Positions 35,705 to 45,206 of a stretch of 64,000 nt of DNA are shown piece by piece. Numbering within the stretch: position 1 is the first letter of the stretch; each line of letters starts with the position of its first letter. The stretch comes from Clostridia bacterium. Lineage in GTDB: Bacteria; Bacillota; Clostridia; Oscillospirales; CAG-272. Location: assembly GCA_017503105.1 (NCBI GenBank), contig JAFVTS010000009.1:16370-80369 (forward strand). Reading direction: 5' to 3'. The position numbers and the translations under genes are program-made. Below the pieces are notes generated by a model. That model ran no database searches and was not told where the DNA came from. It saw only the letters and a program-made list of their open reading frames with translations.

Positions 35705-37273
35705 TTACTGTTCGTTTTCTTCGTTGGAGGAGCCGAGCGAGGTCTTTGCTTTAACAAGAACCATTCCCTCGTAGCAGGAGAACATACCGTCCACCTTTTC
35801 TTTTTCGGGCTTAGGTGTAAGAAGGCTGACTATGGGAACTATAACGAGTCCGCCGAGCATAGCTATAACGCCCGCGTTGATGGGGGATTGAAGAAGAGCG
35901 GGGAAGTGGGGGCGCAATAACATATTGAGCACCATAAGGCCCGCGCCGAAGATGAAGCTTGCCCAAACGGCAGCCTTGGTCGTGCGCTTCCAATAAAGAC
36001 CGTAGAGGAAGGGGGCGAGGAACGCGCCCGCCAGAGCGCCCCAGGATATACCCATCATATCCGCAATGTACCCGAGCTTGTCCTTGTTAAGCGCTATTAC
36101 TGCGGAAATAACGATGAATACGACGATGAATATTCTCATAATGAGGACCTGACGTTTTTCGGGCATTTTCTTGACCACGTGACCCTTTACAAGGTCGAGA
36201 GTCAGCGTTGACGAAGACGTGAGGACGAGAGAGGAAAGAGTCGACATCGATGCGGAAAGCACGAGTACGATAACTACCGCGATGATAATATCGGGAAGCC
36301 CTGAGAGCATAGTTGGAATGATAGCGTCCCAACCGCCCGAGGGAGCGCCGTTCACTACGTCGAGCTTGTCGGAGAAGAGTCTTCCGAAGCCGCCGAGGAA
36401 ATAGCATCCGCCGGCGACTACGAGCGCGAAGACCGTCGATATTATAGTTCCTTTATTTATATCCTGTTCGCTCTTTATAGCGTAGAACTTCTGTACCATC
36501 TGAGGAAGACCCCAAGTACCGAGGGACGTAAGGATAACTACGAAGAGAAGTCCGAGCGGGTCGGGACCGAAGAAGGAGTTGAACTCACCGTTTGAACCGA
36601 TCTCGGAAAGCCCCTTCAAGGATTCGGTGAAGCCTCCGTGAGTCGAAAGCACCGCCGAGATCACCGCAACTATACCGATGAGCATTATGACACCCTGGAT
36701 AAAGTCGTTGATAGCGGTAGCCATATAACCGCCCGCGATAACGTAAACGCCCGTGAGCACTGCCATAATTATAACGCAGATGGTATACCCCTCTTGCTCT
36801 GTAAGACCGCCGATGGGGAACGCCATAGCGAAGAGTCTGGAAAGACCGTTGTAAAGGGAAGCGGTGTAGGGAATAAGGAAGATAAATACGAGCACGGACG
36901 CCGCGATTTTAAGCGCGGGGCTCATAAACCTTTTGCCGAAGAACTCGGGCATCGTAGCGCTCTCAAGGTGTTGTGACATAAGGCGCGTTCTTCTTCCGAG
37001 AACGACCCACGCGAGGAGCGATCCGAGAATGGCGTTTCCTATACCTATCCAAGTAGAGGCTATACCGAATTTCCAGCCGAACTGACCTGCGTAGCCGACG
37101 AATATTACTGCCGAAAAATATGAGGTGCCATAGGCGAATGCCGTCAGCCACGGACCGACGGAGCGACCTCCCAAAACGAATCCTGAAACATCGGTGGAAT
37201 TCCGTCTGCAATAAAGACCTATTGCTATCATAACACCGAAGAACAGCACGAGCAAAATGATTTTTAGTGCCAT
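35705..37273 (-). CDS. Sodium:solute symporter (SSS) family transporter
   Basis: ~13 TM helices with SSS-like segments (GGRSVGPWLTAFAYGTSYFSAVIFVGYAG). Start moved to ATG 37273 (MALKIILLVL), which has GGAGGA upstream. Confidence 0.85.
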   Translation of the reverse strand: MALKIILLVLFFGVMIAIGLYCRRNSTDVSGFVLGGRSVGPWLTAFAYGTSYFSAVIFVGYAGQFGWKFGIASTWIGIGNAILGSLLAWVVLGRRTRLMSQHLESATMPEFFGKRFMSPALKIAASVLVFIFLIPYTASLYNGLSRLFAMAFPIGGLTEQEGYTICVIIMAVLTGVYVIAGGYMATAINDFIQGVIMLIGIVAVISAVLSTHGGFTESLKGLSEIGSNGEFNSFFGPDPLGLLFVVILTSLGTWGLPQMVQKFYAIKSEQDINKGTIISTVFALVVAGGCYFLGGFGRLFSDKLDVVNGAPSGGWDAIIPTMLSGLPDIIIAVVIVLVLSASMSTLSSLVLTSSSTLTLDLVKGHVVKKMPEKRQVLIMRIFIVVFIVISAVIALNKDKLGYIADMMGISWGALAGAFLAPFLYGLYWKRTTKAAVWASFIFGAGLMVLNMLLRPHFPALLQSPINAGVIAMLGGLVIVPIVSLLTPKPEKEKVDGMFSCYEGMVLVKAKTSLGSSNEENEQ

Positions 37274-37305
37274 ATTAAATGTCCTCCGAAAATAAAGATA
37301 CAAAT

Positions 37306-37334
37306 ATTTTATCACACTAAAGTAAAAATTGCAA
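37306..37334 (-). promoter_or_regulatory. Candidate sigma70 promoter of the symporter-ligase-ior-paaK operon
   Basis: Minus strand reads TTGCAA, 17 nt, TAAAAT, 33 nt upstream of ATG 37273. Confidence 0.5.
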
Positions 37335-37414
37335 TACTTTTTTTCACATTTAATAAAAATATTTAAAGGCGCCGAATTTTTGTGTTACTTAGATGAAAAC
37401 GTGACGCTTGATAC

Positions 37415-37443
37415 TTGATTTTTCCCGTCGGTTAGTGTAAAAT
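37415..37443 (+). promoter_or_regulatory. Candidate sigma70 promoter for ORF 37472
   Basis: TTGATT, 17 nt, TAAAAT, 29 nt upstream of the ATG. Confidence 0.45.
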
Positions 37444-37471
37444 AATTATAAAACGCATCTTGGAGGAAATT

Positions 37472-38005
37472 ATGGGAAACGAAGCGTACGAGTATACTGT
37501 TGATAAAAAGCGGGAGGGGTGGTATTTGCTTGCCCGCTGTCTTATGATAACTTTGTATTTACTGTTTTTGGTGGCGTTTTTCGTTGCCGCGTATCTTACG
37601 GCGATACAGATATTCGCGCTCGCGCCCATTTTTCTTTGGATGCTGGTGTTCTTTACCTGGAGATTCGTCAGCATCGAGTATAAATACACGGTCGAGGCGG
37701 GCTTTTTGACCCTGATCACCGTTTACGGTGGCAAAAAGAGCAAGGTCAAGGCTCGTATTCATATCAAGGACGCGACGGCGTTCGTTCCGCTTGACGAAGC
37801 TCGCGCTGCCATTCGCTCGTTCTCTCCAAGCGTGACGTACAGCCTTTTGTCTTCTTCAAAGTCGCCGAAGGATGCATTTGCGCTTTTTACCGAGCAGGAC
37901 GCGAAAAAAGTGCTTGTCCTTATCGAGGCACCCGCTCCGTCGGTGAAGGCTATCCTTTATTACGCGAACTCGGACGTGAAATCGGCAAAAAGCAGCCAAG
38001 TCTGA
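37472..38005 (+). CDS. Hypothetical membrane protein (two TM helices, soluble C-terminal half)
   Basis: Start moved to ATG 37472 (GGAGGAAATT upstream). Hydrophobic stretches LLARCLMITLYLLFLVAFFVAAYL and IFALAPIFLWMLVFFTW. No family recognised with confidence. Confidence 0.5.
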   Translation: MGNEAYEYTVDKKREGWYLLARCLMITLYLLFLVAFFVAAYLTAIQIFALAPIFLWMLVFFTWRFVSIEYKYTVEAGFLTLITVYGGKKSKVKARIHIKDATAFVPLDEARAAIRSFSPSVTYSLLSSSKSPKDAFALFTEQDAKKVLVLIEAPAPSVKAILYYANSDVKSAKSSQV

Positions 38006-38111
38006 CCCGTGTTAAGTATTTTCTCAAAAAAAGTAAACGATACTTTACAAAAATAATATACATATAAACGCACTCTGCCGCATATATATTACGTGGAGGT
38101 GCGTTTTTTGT

Positions 38112-39350
38112 ATGAATATTCTTTTGCTGATACCGATATTTGTCATAACCGTCGGAGCGTATATGCTCTTCAGACTTCGCTTCTTTATATTTCGACCGAA
38201 AGCCCTTTTCCGAGACGTTCGCGGGCTTTTAAAAAAGAGCGGAGCGTTTAAGAATCTGTGCCTCGCCCTTTCGGGCACTCTCGGCGTCGGAAATATAGTC
38301 GGCGTTGCGGTAGGGCTTAAAATAGGCGGTGCGGGGAGCGTTTTCTGGCTTATGATCTCCGCTATTCCCGCCGCAGTCATAAAGTATTCCGAGAGCGCTC
38401 TTGCCGCCTCGGGGGGCGGAGAGGGAATGATGTGCGTCATAGAGTCCTCGTTTAAAAAAACGGGCAGGGGTGCTGCGCGTGTATACGCCCTCTTTGCCGT
38501 TTTGCTCGCCCTTTTAATGGGGGCGGGGCTGCAATGCGCAAGCTTTTCGGAGACCTTCGCCTCTCTTTTCGGCATATCCGATTTCTTTCCGCTTTTAATA
38601 ATTTTCATACCTGCCGCTTTGGTGATGCTCTTCGGCGCCTCGAAAATAAAAGACCTTACGGCTCTGTCTGTGAGCACCGCGAGCGTCGTGTACGTTTTCA
38701 GCGCGCTTTATCTCATTTTTCTCGGAAGAGTAAATCTTCCGAGCGCGATAGGTTCGATATTTTCCTGCGCTTTTACTTCGCGCGCAGCGGTTGGCGGTGC
38801 AGGCGCCGCTCTGGTGACCCACGCGTTGCGGGAAGGCTTTTGCCGAGGAATACTTTCCAACGAGGCGGGGCTCGGCACCTCTGCAATGGCACACGCTACT
38901 GACGCTCGGTATACTTCGCACGAGGCGGGGCTCATCGGCGTGCTTGAGGTGATATTCGATACGGCTATCCTTTGCCCTCTCAGCGCGCTGATGCTTCTTA
39001 CGTCGGGCGATGGTCGCATTCACGACCCGATAGGCTACGTTCTCTCCGCCGTATCGAAGGGCGGAGACGCCGTCGAATATCTTTTTGCGGTGTCTATATT
39101 CTGCTTTGCTTTTTCTACGGTTATCTGCTGGATATCTTACGGCTCGCTTGCTTTTTCGTATCTTTTCGGCAAAAGACGCGGAATATTCGCCTTTTTGTTT
39201 CTGTTAGCTTTACCGACGGGCTCTCTTGTCGGCGCAGGTACGCTTGTTCTTATGATAGATTACGTTATGCTGCCGCTTGCCGTTATCTGTATGCTGACGC
39301 TTATAAAAAACTCCGACAGAGCGGTCTTGCTCTATCGGAGTAAAAAATGA
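38112..39350 (+). CDS. Alanine/glycine:cation symporter (AGCS) family-like transporter
   Basis: 412 aa polytopic protein. ALSGTLGVGNIVGVAVGLKIGGAGSVFWLMISA resembles the AGCS signature (TVGTGNIAGVA...GGPGAIFWMW). It is shorter than typical members. Confidence 0.65.
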   Translation: MNILLLIPIFVITVGAYMLFRLRFFIFRPKALFRDVRGLLKKSGAFKNLCLALSGTLGVGNIVGVAVGLKIGGAGSVFWLMISAIPAAVIKYSESALAASGGGEGMMCVIESSFKKTGRGAARVYALFAVLLALLMGAGLQCASFSETFASLFGISDFFPLLIIFIPAALVMLFGASKIKDLTALSVSTASVVYVFSALYLIFLGRVNLPSAIGSIFSCAFTSRAAVGGAGAALVTHALREGFCRGILSNEAGLGTSAMAHATDARYTSHEAGLIGVLEVIFDTAILCPLSALMLLTSGDGRIHDPIGYVLSAVSKGGDAVEYLFAVSIFCFAFSTVICWISYGSLAFSYLFGKRRGIFAFLFLLALPTGSLVGAGTLVLMIDYVMLPLAVICMLTLIKNSDRAVLLYRSKK

Positions 39351-39351
39351 T

Positions 39352-40563
39352 TTAAAGTATTCTAATTTTTGATATGATGGAAGCGCCGCTTTCGGTGAGC
39401 TTTTTCACAGATTCGGAAAGCTCCGCGTCCGTCAGGTAAGGCGTGACGAACGCCGTTTCAAGGGGCGCGTCTATCTCAGCGATCTTTCCGAACGCCGCCT
39501 CTGCACACTTGGCGCAGGCGTTCTTTGCCGCTATATAATACTGTGCTTTAAGGACCTTTGAAAAATCGCTCGTTTGACGGCATTTTTCAAACACGGGTGC
39601 CGCGGTATTGATGCCCGAGCACATAATTTGCATAAGATCGCCGACGACGGCCGACGCGGTCGAGCCCGCTCCTGCGCCGGGACCGTAGAACATTACCTCT
39701 CCGATAGGATCGCCGACAACCTCTATTGCGTTGAACACGCCGCTCACCGAGGCAAGAAGCTTGTCCGACGGGATGAGCGTCGGAGCGACCGAAACTGCGA
39801 TCTCGCCGTCCTCGGAGATGACGCATCTTCCAAGGAGCTTTATCTTACAGCCTATCTTTTCCGCCGCCGACACGTCTTCGGGGCGAATACCCGTGATTCC
39901 CTCGGTGGGAATAGTATCCGTTTCGGGAAGCTTGCCCGTTGCGAGAGCTGTAAGTATGGCTATTTTTCTGCACGCGTCCGTACCGAGGACGTCGGCGTCG
40001 GGATTTCTCTCGGCGTAGCCCTTGCTCTGAGCATCGGACAGTGCGTTTTCAAAATTATCTCCGTAGGAGAACATCTTCGTCAGAATATAGTTGGTCGTGC
40101 CGTTGAGTATTCCTCTGATCTCGGAGAGCTTGTTCTGCTTTACGCAGGATATGATGGGCGAGAGCGCGGGAATGCCTCCGCCTACCGCGGCTTCAAATCT
40201 GTAAGAAACGCCGTTTTCCTTCGCGAGGGCGAGAAATTCGTCACCGAAATTCGCGACGACCTCCTTGTTGGACGTTATCACGTTTTTGCCGCGTGAAAGG
40301 GAACGCACCGTGTATTCGTAAGCAGGGTGTGAGCCGCCCATTACCTCGATAACCGTGTCGACCTCTTCGTCGTTTTCGATCACGGAGAAGTCGTGTATTA
40401 CCCTGTCGGCAAATTCCGAATCGGGAAAATCGCGAAGGTCGAGTATATATTTTACGTTGATTTCGTCGCCGCCGAGTGCCGTGACTTCGTTTTTGTTATC
40501 CGTCAGAAGCTTGGCAACACCGCCACCGACGACACCGAAGCCGAGTATAGCTACATTAGTCAT
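39352..40563 (-). CDS. hom: Homoserine dehydrogenase (with C-terminal ACT-like domain)
   Basis: Start moved to ATG 40563 (MTNVAILGFGVVGGGVAKLL; AAGGAAG upstream). Typical NAD-binding and catalytic regions (GILNGTTNYILTKM). Confidence 0.9.
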   Translation of the reverse strand: MTNVAILGFGVVGGGVAKLLTDNKNEVTALGGDEINVKYILDLRDFPDSEFADRVIHDFSVIENDEEVDTVIEVMGGSHPAYEYTVRSLSRGKNVITSNKEVVANFGDEFLALAKENGVSYRFEAAVGGGIPALSPIISCVKQNKLSEIRGILNGTTNYILTKMFSYGDNFENALSDAQSKGYAERNPDADVLGTDACRKIAILTALATGKLPETDTIPTEGITGIRPEDVSAAEKIGCKIKLLGRCVISEDGEIAVSVAPTLIPSDKLLASVSGVFNAIEVVGDPIGEVMFYGPGAGAGSTASAVVGDLMQIMCSGINTAAPVFEKCRQTSDFSKVLKAQYYIAAKNACAKCAEAAFGKIAEIDAPLETAFVTPYLTDAELSESVKKLTESGASIISKIRIL

Positions 40564-40647
40564 TTGTTCTTCCTTAATAAAAAAATGTGTAATGAAGGCC
40601 GTCCGAGACCTTCCCGTGATCGCCTGCGATACAAGCAATTATAAGTT

Positions 40648-40676
40648 ATTATATCACAGAAAGCGCGAAAATGCAA
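40648..40676 (-). promoter_or_regulatory. Candidate sigma70 promoter of hom
   Basis: Minus strand reads TTGCAT, 17 nt, TATAAT, leaving an ~80-nt leader. Confidence 0.5.
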
Positions 40677-40740
40677 TACCAAAGAAAGAAAAACACGGCG
40701 TGTTTGCAAAAAAAATTGCTCGTCACCGTGTTTTTTGCTT

Positions 40741-41439
40741 TTATGCCGCGTTACCCGTGCCTATGCCGAGTGAAGCTTTTTTGGAGTCCTCCGAAATGTG
40801 CGAGAGCGGATCTACGAATTCGTCGTTAGCCTTCATTTCGAAATGAAGATGAGGCTCGTCCGCTATCTCGAATATCGCGGTGTAGCCAACGGTTCCTATC
40901 CTGTCACCCGAGCTTACCTTGTCGCCAACGCTGACGAACGCGGCATCCTCCTTCGCGAGGTTTGAATATATCGTCTTGTAATTCATAGAGTGCGTGACCT
41001 CGACCGTTCTTCCGTGGAACGGGTCGTCGTAGATGGCTGAGATCACTCCGCTCTCAGCTGCAAAGACGGCGCAGTTTTCCTCAGTCGCGATGTCAATACC
41101 CTTGTGCGTGCGCCATTCGCCGAGCGTTTCCGAGAACACCGTTTCCGTCATACTGTGGTTCTTGCTGACCGTTCCCACGACGGGGGAAACGAACACGAGC
41201 TTTGTTTCTGCAGGCTTTTCGGGCTCTTTGGAGTTCTCGTCCTCCTTCGGCTCTTCCGTCTGCGCGCCGTCATCCTTCGGCGTGGTTAAGGGGGCTTTTA
41301 CTTCAGGTGTTTCATCCTTGCTTGATGCGATAGATACGATTGCGACCACCACCGCGCAGATAACGAGGATGGCAAGAGTTGCGATATAAACTATCTTTAC
41401 TGAAAGCGGTTTGTCGCTGAATTTTACTTTTTTGTCCAT
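40741..41439 (-). CDS. M23-family metallopeptidase (membrane anchored)
   Basis: 232 aa. N-terminal TM, a Glu/Pro/Lys-rich linker, and M23 motifs HKGIDIA and HLHFEM. Confidence 0.85.
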   Translation of the reverse strand: MDKKVKFSDKPLSVKIVYIATLAILVICAVVVAIVSIASSKDETPEVKAPLTTPKDDGAQTEEPKEDENSKEPEKPAETKLVFVSPVVGTVSKNHSMTETVFSETLGEWRTHKGIDIATEENCAVFAAESGVISAIYDDPFHGRTVEVTHSMNYKTIYSNLAKEDAAFVSVGDKVSSGDRIGTVGYTAIFEIADEPHLHFEMKANDEFVDPLSHISEDSKKASLGIGTGNAA

Positions 41440-41560
41440 TTTTATTTCCTTTCTTGTGAAATCCGAGTATATTTTCCGCCGAAAGGAAGCTTTTTATTCA
41501 TCTTTGACAATAAAAAATCTACGCGTCCTTCCAAAACGGAAAAACGCGCAGAAAAAACGT

Positions 41561-42409
41561 TTATTTGCTGAAAAATCCGAAAAGCTTGAGCCAACTCACG
41601 AGCAGCGGTGCCCACGACTTTACGTGCGGCGTAGCCGCTATGCGTCCGTTGCTTAAAAACTCGGGGTGAGTTCCCAAGAACGGATCCGTCCTGTCAGCAA
41701 GTCCAAGACCGTGTCCGCCTACGGGATATATGTGCATCTCTACCGGAATTCCGAGCTCTTTCAAACGGGCGGCGTAACGGTAGGTGTTACATACGTTAAC
41801 GCCGGAATCGGAGGCGGTGTGCCACATATAAGCGGGGGGCGTGTCCTTCGACGCAAGGAAGATGGGCGTTACGGACTCTCTGAGTGCCTCATCCTCCACG
41901 CGTTCACCGAGCAGATTTTTATAAGATCCCGCGTGACCCTCGTAATCGAGAACGGGGTAGCAGAGGATCTGGGCATTCGGAACATAGCTGACGGAGTCTA
42001 CGGCGTCGCCCACCTCCTCTTCAAGAGTGCCGAGGTAGGTTGCGGCGTGTGCGGCAAGGTGGCCGCCCGCCGATGAGCCCATGATCGCTATTTTATTTGG
42101 GTCGATATCAAATTTGTCAGCGTTGTACCTTATAAATCTGATCGCGCGCCTCGCGTCGGCAAGAGCCGCGGGATAAGTGTTCGGCTTTACTCGGTAATTA
42201 AGAACGAAGGCGTCAAGCCCCTCGGACATAAGGAAGTCTGCGTAGCCGTGGCCCTCGTGCGGTGCCCGTCCTGAATATCCTCCGCCCGGGCAGATGATGA
42301 CCGTGCCGCGACCCTTTTTGGCAGTCGTTTTGTAATAAGTCACCGACGGCTCCTCGCCGCCTATGTAATATGGGATCTTGTCTTCCCAAAGCTTAAAGGT
42401 TTCAAACAT
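41561..42409 (-). CDS. Alpha/beta hydrolase (esterase/lipase type), paralog 1
   Basis: 282 aa. Oxyanion region CPGGGYSGRAPHEG and nucleophile elbow MGSSAGGHLAA. Confidence 0.8.
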   Translation of the reverse strand: MFETFKLWEDKIPYYIGGEEPSVTYYKTTAKKGRGTVIICPGGGYSGRAPHEGHGYADFLMSEGLDAFVLNYRVKPNTYPAALADARRAIRFIRYNADKFDIDPNKIAIMGSSAGGHLAAHAATYLGTLEEEVGDAVDSVSYVPNAQILCYPVLDYEGHAGSYKNLLGERVEDEALRESVTPIFLASKDTPPAYMWHTASDSGVNVCNTYRYAARLKELGIPVEMHIYPVGGHGLGLADRTDPFLGTHPEFLSNGRIAATPHVKSWAPLLVSWLKLFGFFSK

Positions 42410-42422
42410 CTTTAGCTACCTC

Positions 42423-43217
42423 TCAATGAAAAAATCCGTAGAGCTCAAGCCACTTAGTCATAAGCTCAGACCAGGGCATAACGTGCGGAGCTGCGGAATT
42501 TGGGGTGTTTGCGAGCCCAAGACCGTGCCTTCCAAAGGGGAAGACGTGCAATTCCGTCGGTATCGAAAGCTCACGCAGACGTGTAACGTAACGGTAAGTG
42601 TTACGCACGTCAACGACGCTGTCATCAGCCGTGTGCCAGATAAAAGCGGGCGGAGTTTTATCGCTTGCGAGATTCGTCGGAGTTACGGACGCCGCAAGCT
42701 CGTCGGCTCTGTCGCCAAGCAGGTTTTTATATGAGCCAAGATGCCCGTCCTTGTCGATTACGGGGTAGCAAAGTATCTGACCGTTAGGAATATAGCTCTC
42801 ACGGTCGATCTCGTCCATACATTCTTCTTCAAGCTCGCCTACGTACGTTGCCGCGTGAGCCGCGAGATGACCGCCCGCCGATGAGCCCATAATCGCTATC
42901 TTATCGGGATCTATACCGAACTTTTCCGCGTTATGCCTTACAAAGCGTATCGCGCGCCTCGCGTCTGACAGCGCTGCGGGGTATCTGTTGGGCGCTACTC
43001 TGTAGTCGAGCACGAAGGCGTCAAGACCCTTGCAGTTCAAAAACTCGGCGTAGCCCCGTCCCTCGTGCGGTGCCCGTCCCGAATATCCTCCGCCCGGGCA
43101 GATGATGACCGTGCCGCGTCCAAGCTTGACGCTTGTTTTGTAATAAGTCAAGACGGGGATCTCCCCCTCGGTATAATAAGGGATTTTACCTTCCCAAAGG
43201 TTGAATACTTCTGCCAT
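42423..43217 (-). CDS. Alpha/beta hydrolase (esterase/lipase type), paralog 2
   Basis: 264 aa. Colinear with the neighbour over its whole length (same CPGGGYSGRAPHEG and MGSSAGGHLAAHAATY motifs). Confidence 0.8.
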   Translation of the reverse strand: MAEVFNLWEGKIPYYTEGEIPVLTYYKTSVKLGRGTVIICPGGGYSGRAPHEGRGYAEFLNCKGLDAFVLDYRVAPNRYPAALSDARRAIRFVRHNAEKFGIDPDKIAIMGSSAGGHLAAHAATYVGELEEECMDEIDRESYIPNGQILCYPVIDKDGHLGSYKNLLGDRADELAASVTPTNLASDKTPPAFIWHTADDSVVDVRNTYRYVTRLRELSIPTELHVFPFGRHGLGLANTPNSAAPHVMPWSELMTKWLELYGFFH

Positions 43218-43324
43218 AGCTTTTCTCCTTGATCGGTTTTTGAAAACTGTAATCGGCCTTTATAAAATCAAGAGGCTTTAACGTTCGTATACTTTTAAAT
43301 ATTTCTTTTCCCTCGGAAAATATT

Positions 43325-44074
43325 TTATTCCGAAGCTCTTTCCACAACTCTTTTTTCCGTTAATACGTTTTTTATTTTATAAACGGCGACGTATGTGACG
43401 AAAAGCTCAAGCGCTAAAAACAGATAGGAAAGAACTACCGTGATAAGCTCGGAGGTCATATACGTTCCCTCGTTATCGATAATGTAATTCACGGTCGATA
43501 CGGTTTCTCTGATAAACGACAGTAAAAACTGCACGAGCACCGCAAAGAAGAGCCCTTTGGCAAGAGGCTTTGAAAAATCGAAGGGGTCCCTCTCAAGAAT
43601 AGGAAGGAGCGTTTTCTTTTCAAAACGGTTGACCTTCGGCATCTTGAAGAAGAAGCACATAATTCCGAAAAGTGCCAGTATTTGCGCGCTTACTGCCAAT
43701 ACGATGAGCAGGGTAATAATGACGGAGAAGAACAACGCTCCGGCGGAGTCGAAATACGCGAGATAAGCGAGGTAGTTTTCGGGCAAGGCACCGATTATAT
43801 ACGGGAGAGAAAAAGCAAATACTCTCGGCAGGGCGTGCCAAAATCCGTTATACGCATAGCTCAAGAACAAGACGAGCGCCGCAAAAACGGGAAGGGCAAA
43901 CGCCGCGATATCCGAAAGCGCGGCGGTAAGCGCGCCTATTATGACGGCTAACGTCGCGGGGAGACTCAGCATTCCGCCCGTGTAAGTGATATGAATGGGA
44001 ATATAGAGAATAAGCTGTATCAAGCAAAAAGCAAGACTGATTTTTAAGAATAATCGTTTTTCCGTAAATATCAT
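43325..44074 (-). CDS. Hypothetical polytopic membrane protein
   Basis: Start moved to ATG 44074 (MIFTEKRLFLK; GGAGA 6 nt upstream) because the longer track ORF would run through the rpsB promoter. ~7 hydrophobic helices. No family recognised. Confidence 0.5.
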   Translation of the reverse strand: MIFTEKRLFLKISLAFCLIQLILYIPIHITYTGGMLSLPATLAVIIGALTAALSDIAAFALPVFAALVLFLSYAYNGFWHALPRVFAFSLPYIIGALPENYLAYLAYFDSAGALFFSVIITLLIVLAVSAQILALFGIMCFFFKMPKVNRFEKKTLLPILERDPFDFSKPLAKGLFFAVLVQFLLSFIRETVSTVNYIIDNEGTYMTSELITVVLSYLFLALELFVTYVAVYKIKNVLTEKRVVERASE

Positions 44075-44226
44075 TGTACGTCTCCGTTGTGTTGATATTA
44101 ACATTCTATCACAAAACGCGGCGTATTTCAAGTGGAAATCATAATAAATCCAAGAAACCGCCTTCTCGTATTTGTTAATAAAATGTAAATTATTCACACG
44201 TACTTGCAAAACGATGAAAAAAGGTC

Positions 44227-44255
44227 TTGACAATCTAATATATTTATGATATTAT
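44227..44255 (+). promoter_or_regulatory. Sigma70 promoter of rpsB-tsf
   Basis: TTGACA, 17 nt, TATTAT, with an ~130-nt leader before rpsB. Confidence 0.6.
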
Positions 44256-44388
44256 ATTTAGGCTGTCCGCGCGGCAGTAAAATTATATCTCACATAGCGA
44301 GTCGGAGTCTTGCTGGTGCTTTTCCCACGTCGGAGAGTCGCAATACTATGTCGCTATGGCGGAAAAAACCAAAAGGAGGAACATTAAA

Positions 44389-45159
44389 ATGTTCGAAATC
44401 ACAATCAAGCAGTTGCTTGAAGCAGGCGTACACTTCGGTCACCCGACCAAGAAGTGGAATCCGAAGATGGCAGAGTACATCTTCACTCAGAGAAACGGTA
44501 TTCACATCGTAGACCTTCAGAAGACCGTTAAGAAGTTTGAGGAGGCTTACAACTACGTAGCTTCTATGGCTCAAGAGGGTGGCACTATCCTCTTCGTCGG
44601 AACTAAGAAGCAGGCAGCCGAGACCGTAAAGGAAGAGGCTCAGAGATGCGGAATGTACTACACGAACGTTCGTTGGCCCGGCGGAATGCTCACCAACTTC
44701 AACACCATCCGCAAGTCTATCAGACGTCTTAAGGAGCTTGAGAAGATGCAGGCTGACGGCACCTTCGATCTTCTCCCCAAGAAGGAAGTTGCAAAGAAGC
44801 AGAAGGAGATCGACGACCTTGAGAAGTCCTACGGCGGTATCAAGGATATGGACCGTCTTCCTTCCTGCGTATTCATCGTTGACACCCGCAAGGAAAGAAA
44901 TGCCGTTCTTGAGGCTAAGAAGCTTGGCATTCCCGTTGTCGCAATAGTTGACACCAACTGCGATCCCGACGACGCTGATTGCATCATCCCCGGTAACGAC
45001 GACGCTATCCGCGCTATAAAGCTTATCGCAGGCGCTCTTGCCGACGCGGTTATCGAGGCTCGTGGCGGCGTTCAGGACGAGGAGACCGTAGCACTTCCCG
45101 AGGAGGCAGTTGTTGAGGTTCCCAACGATTCCGCTATCGCAGAGGCTCTTTCCGAGTAA
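44389..45159 (+). CDS. rpsB: 30S ribosomal protein S2
   Basis: Start moved to ATG 44389 (AAAGGAGGA upstream). [22 protein letters not shown] is the canonical S2 N-terminus. Confidence 0.95.
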   Translation: MFEITIKQLLEAGVHFGHPTKKWNPKMAEYIFTQRNGIHIVDLQKTVKKFEEAYNYVASMAQEGGTILFVGTKKQAAETVKEEAQRCGMYYTNVRWPGGMLTNFNTIRKSIRRLKELEKMQADGTFDLLPKKEVAKKQKEIDDLEKSYGGIKDMDRLPSCVFIVDTRKERNAVLEAKKLGIPVVAIVDTNCDPDDADCIIPGNDDAIRAIKLIAGALADAVIEARGGVQDEETVALPEEAVVEVPNDSAIAEALSE

Positions 45160-45206
45160 TTTCGGTCTGACGCCTACCTAAAATTAAATTTAAGGAGAAT
45201 AAAACA

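Noticed and set aside
38045-38677. 210-aa minus-strand ORF
   Set aside because: It overlaps the AGCS-like transporter gene on the other strand and runs through that gene's promoter region. It has no RBS and a proline/alanine-rich, non-globular composition.
44256-44388. Structured regulatory leader upstream of rpsB (S2 autoregulation)
   Set aside because: The ~130-nt leader exists, but I could not identify a convincing conserved pseudoknot or hairpin by eye. The known rpsB leader motif is described for other phyla. The call is not supportable without a covariance-model search.
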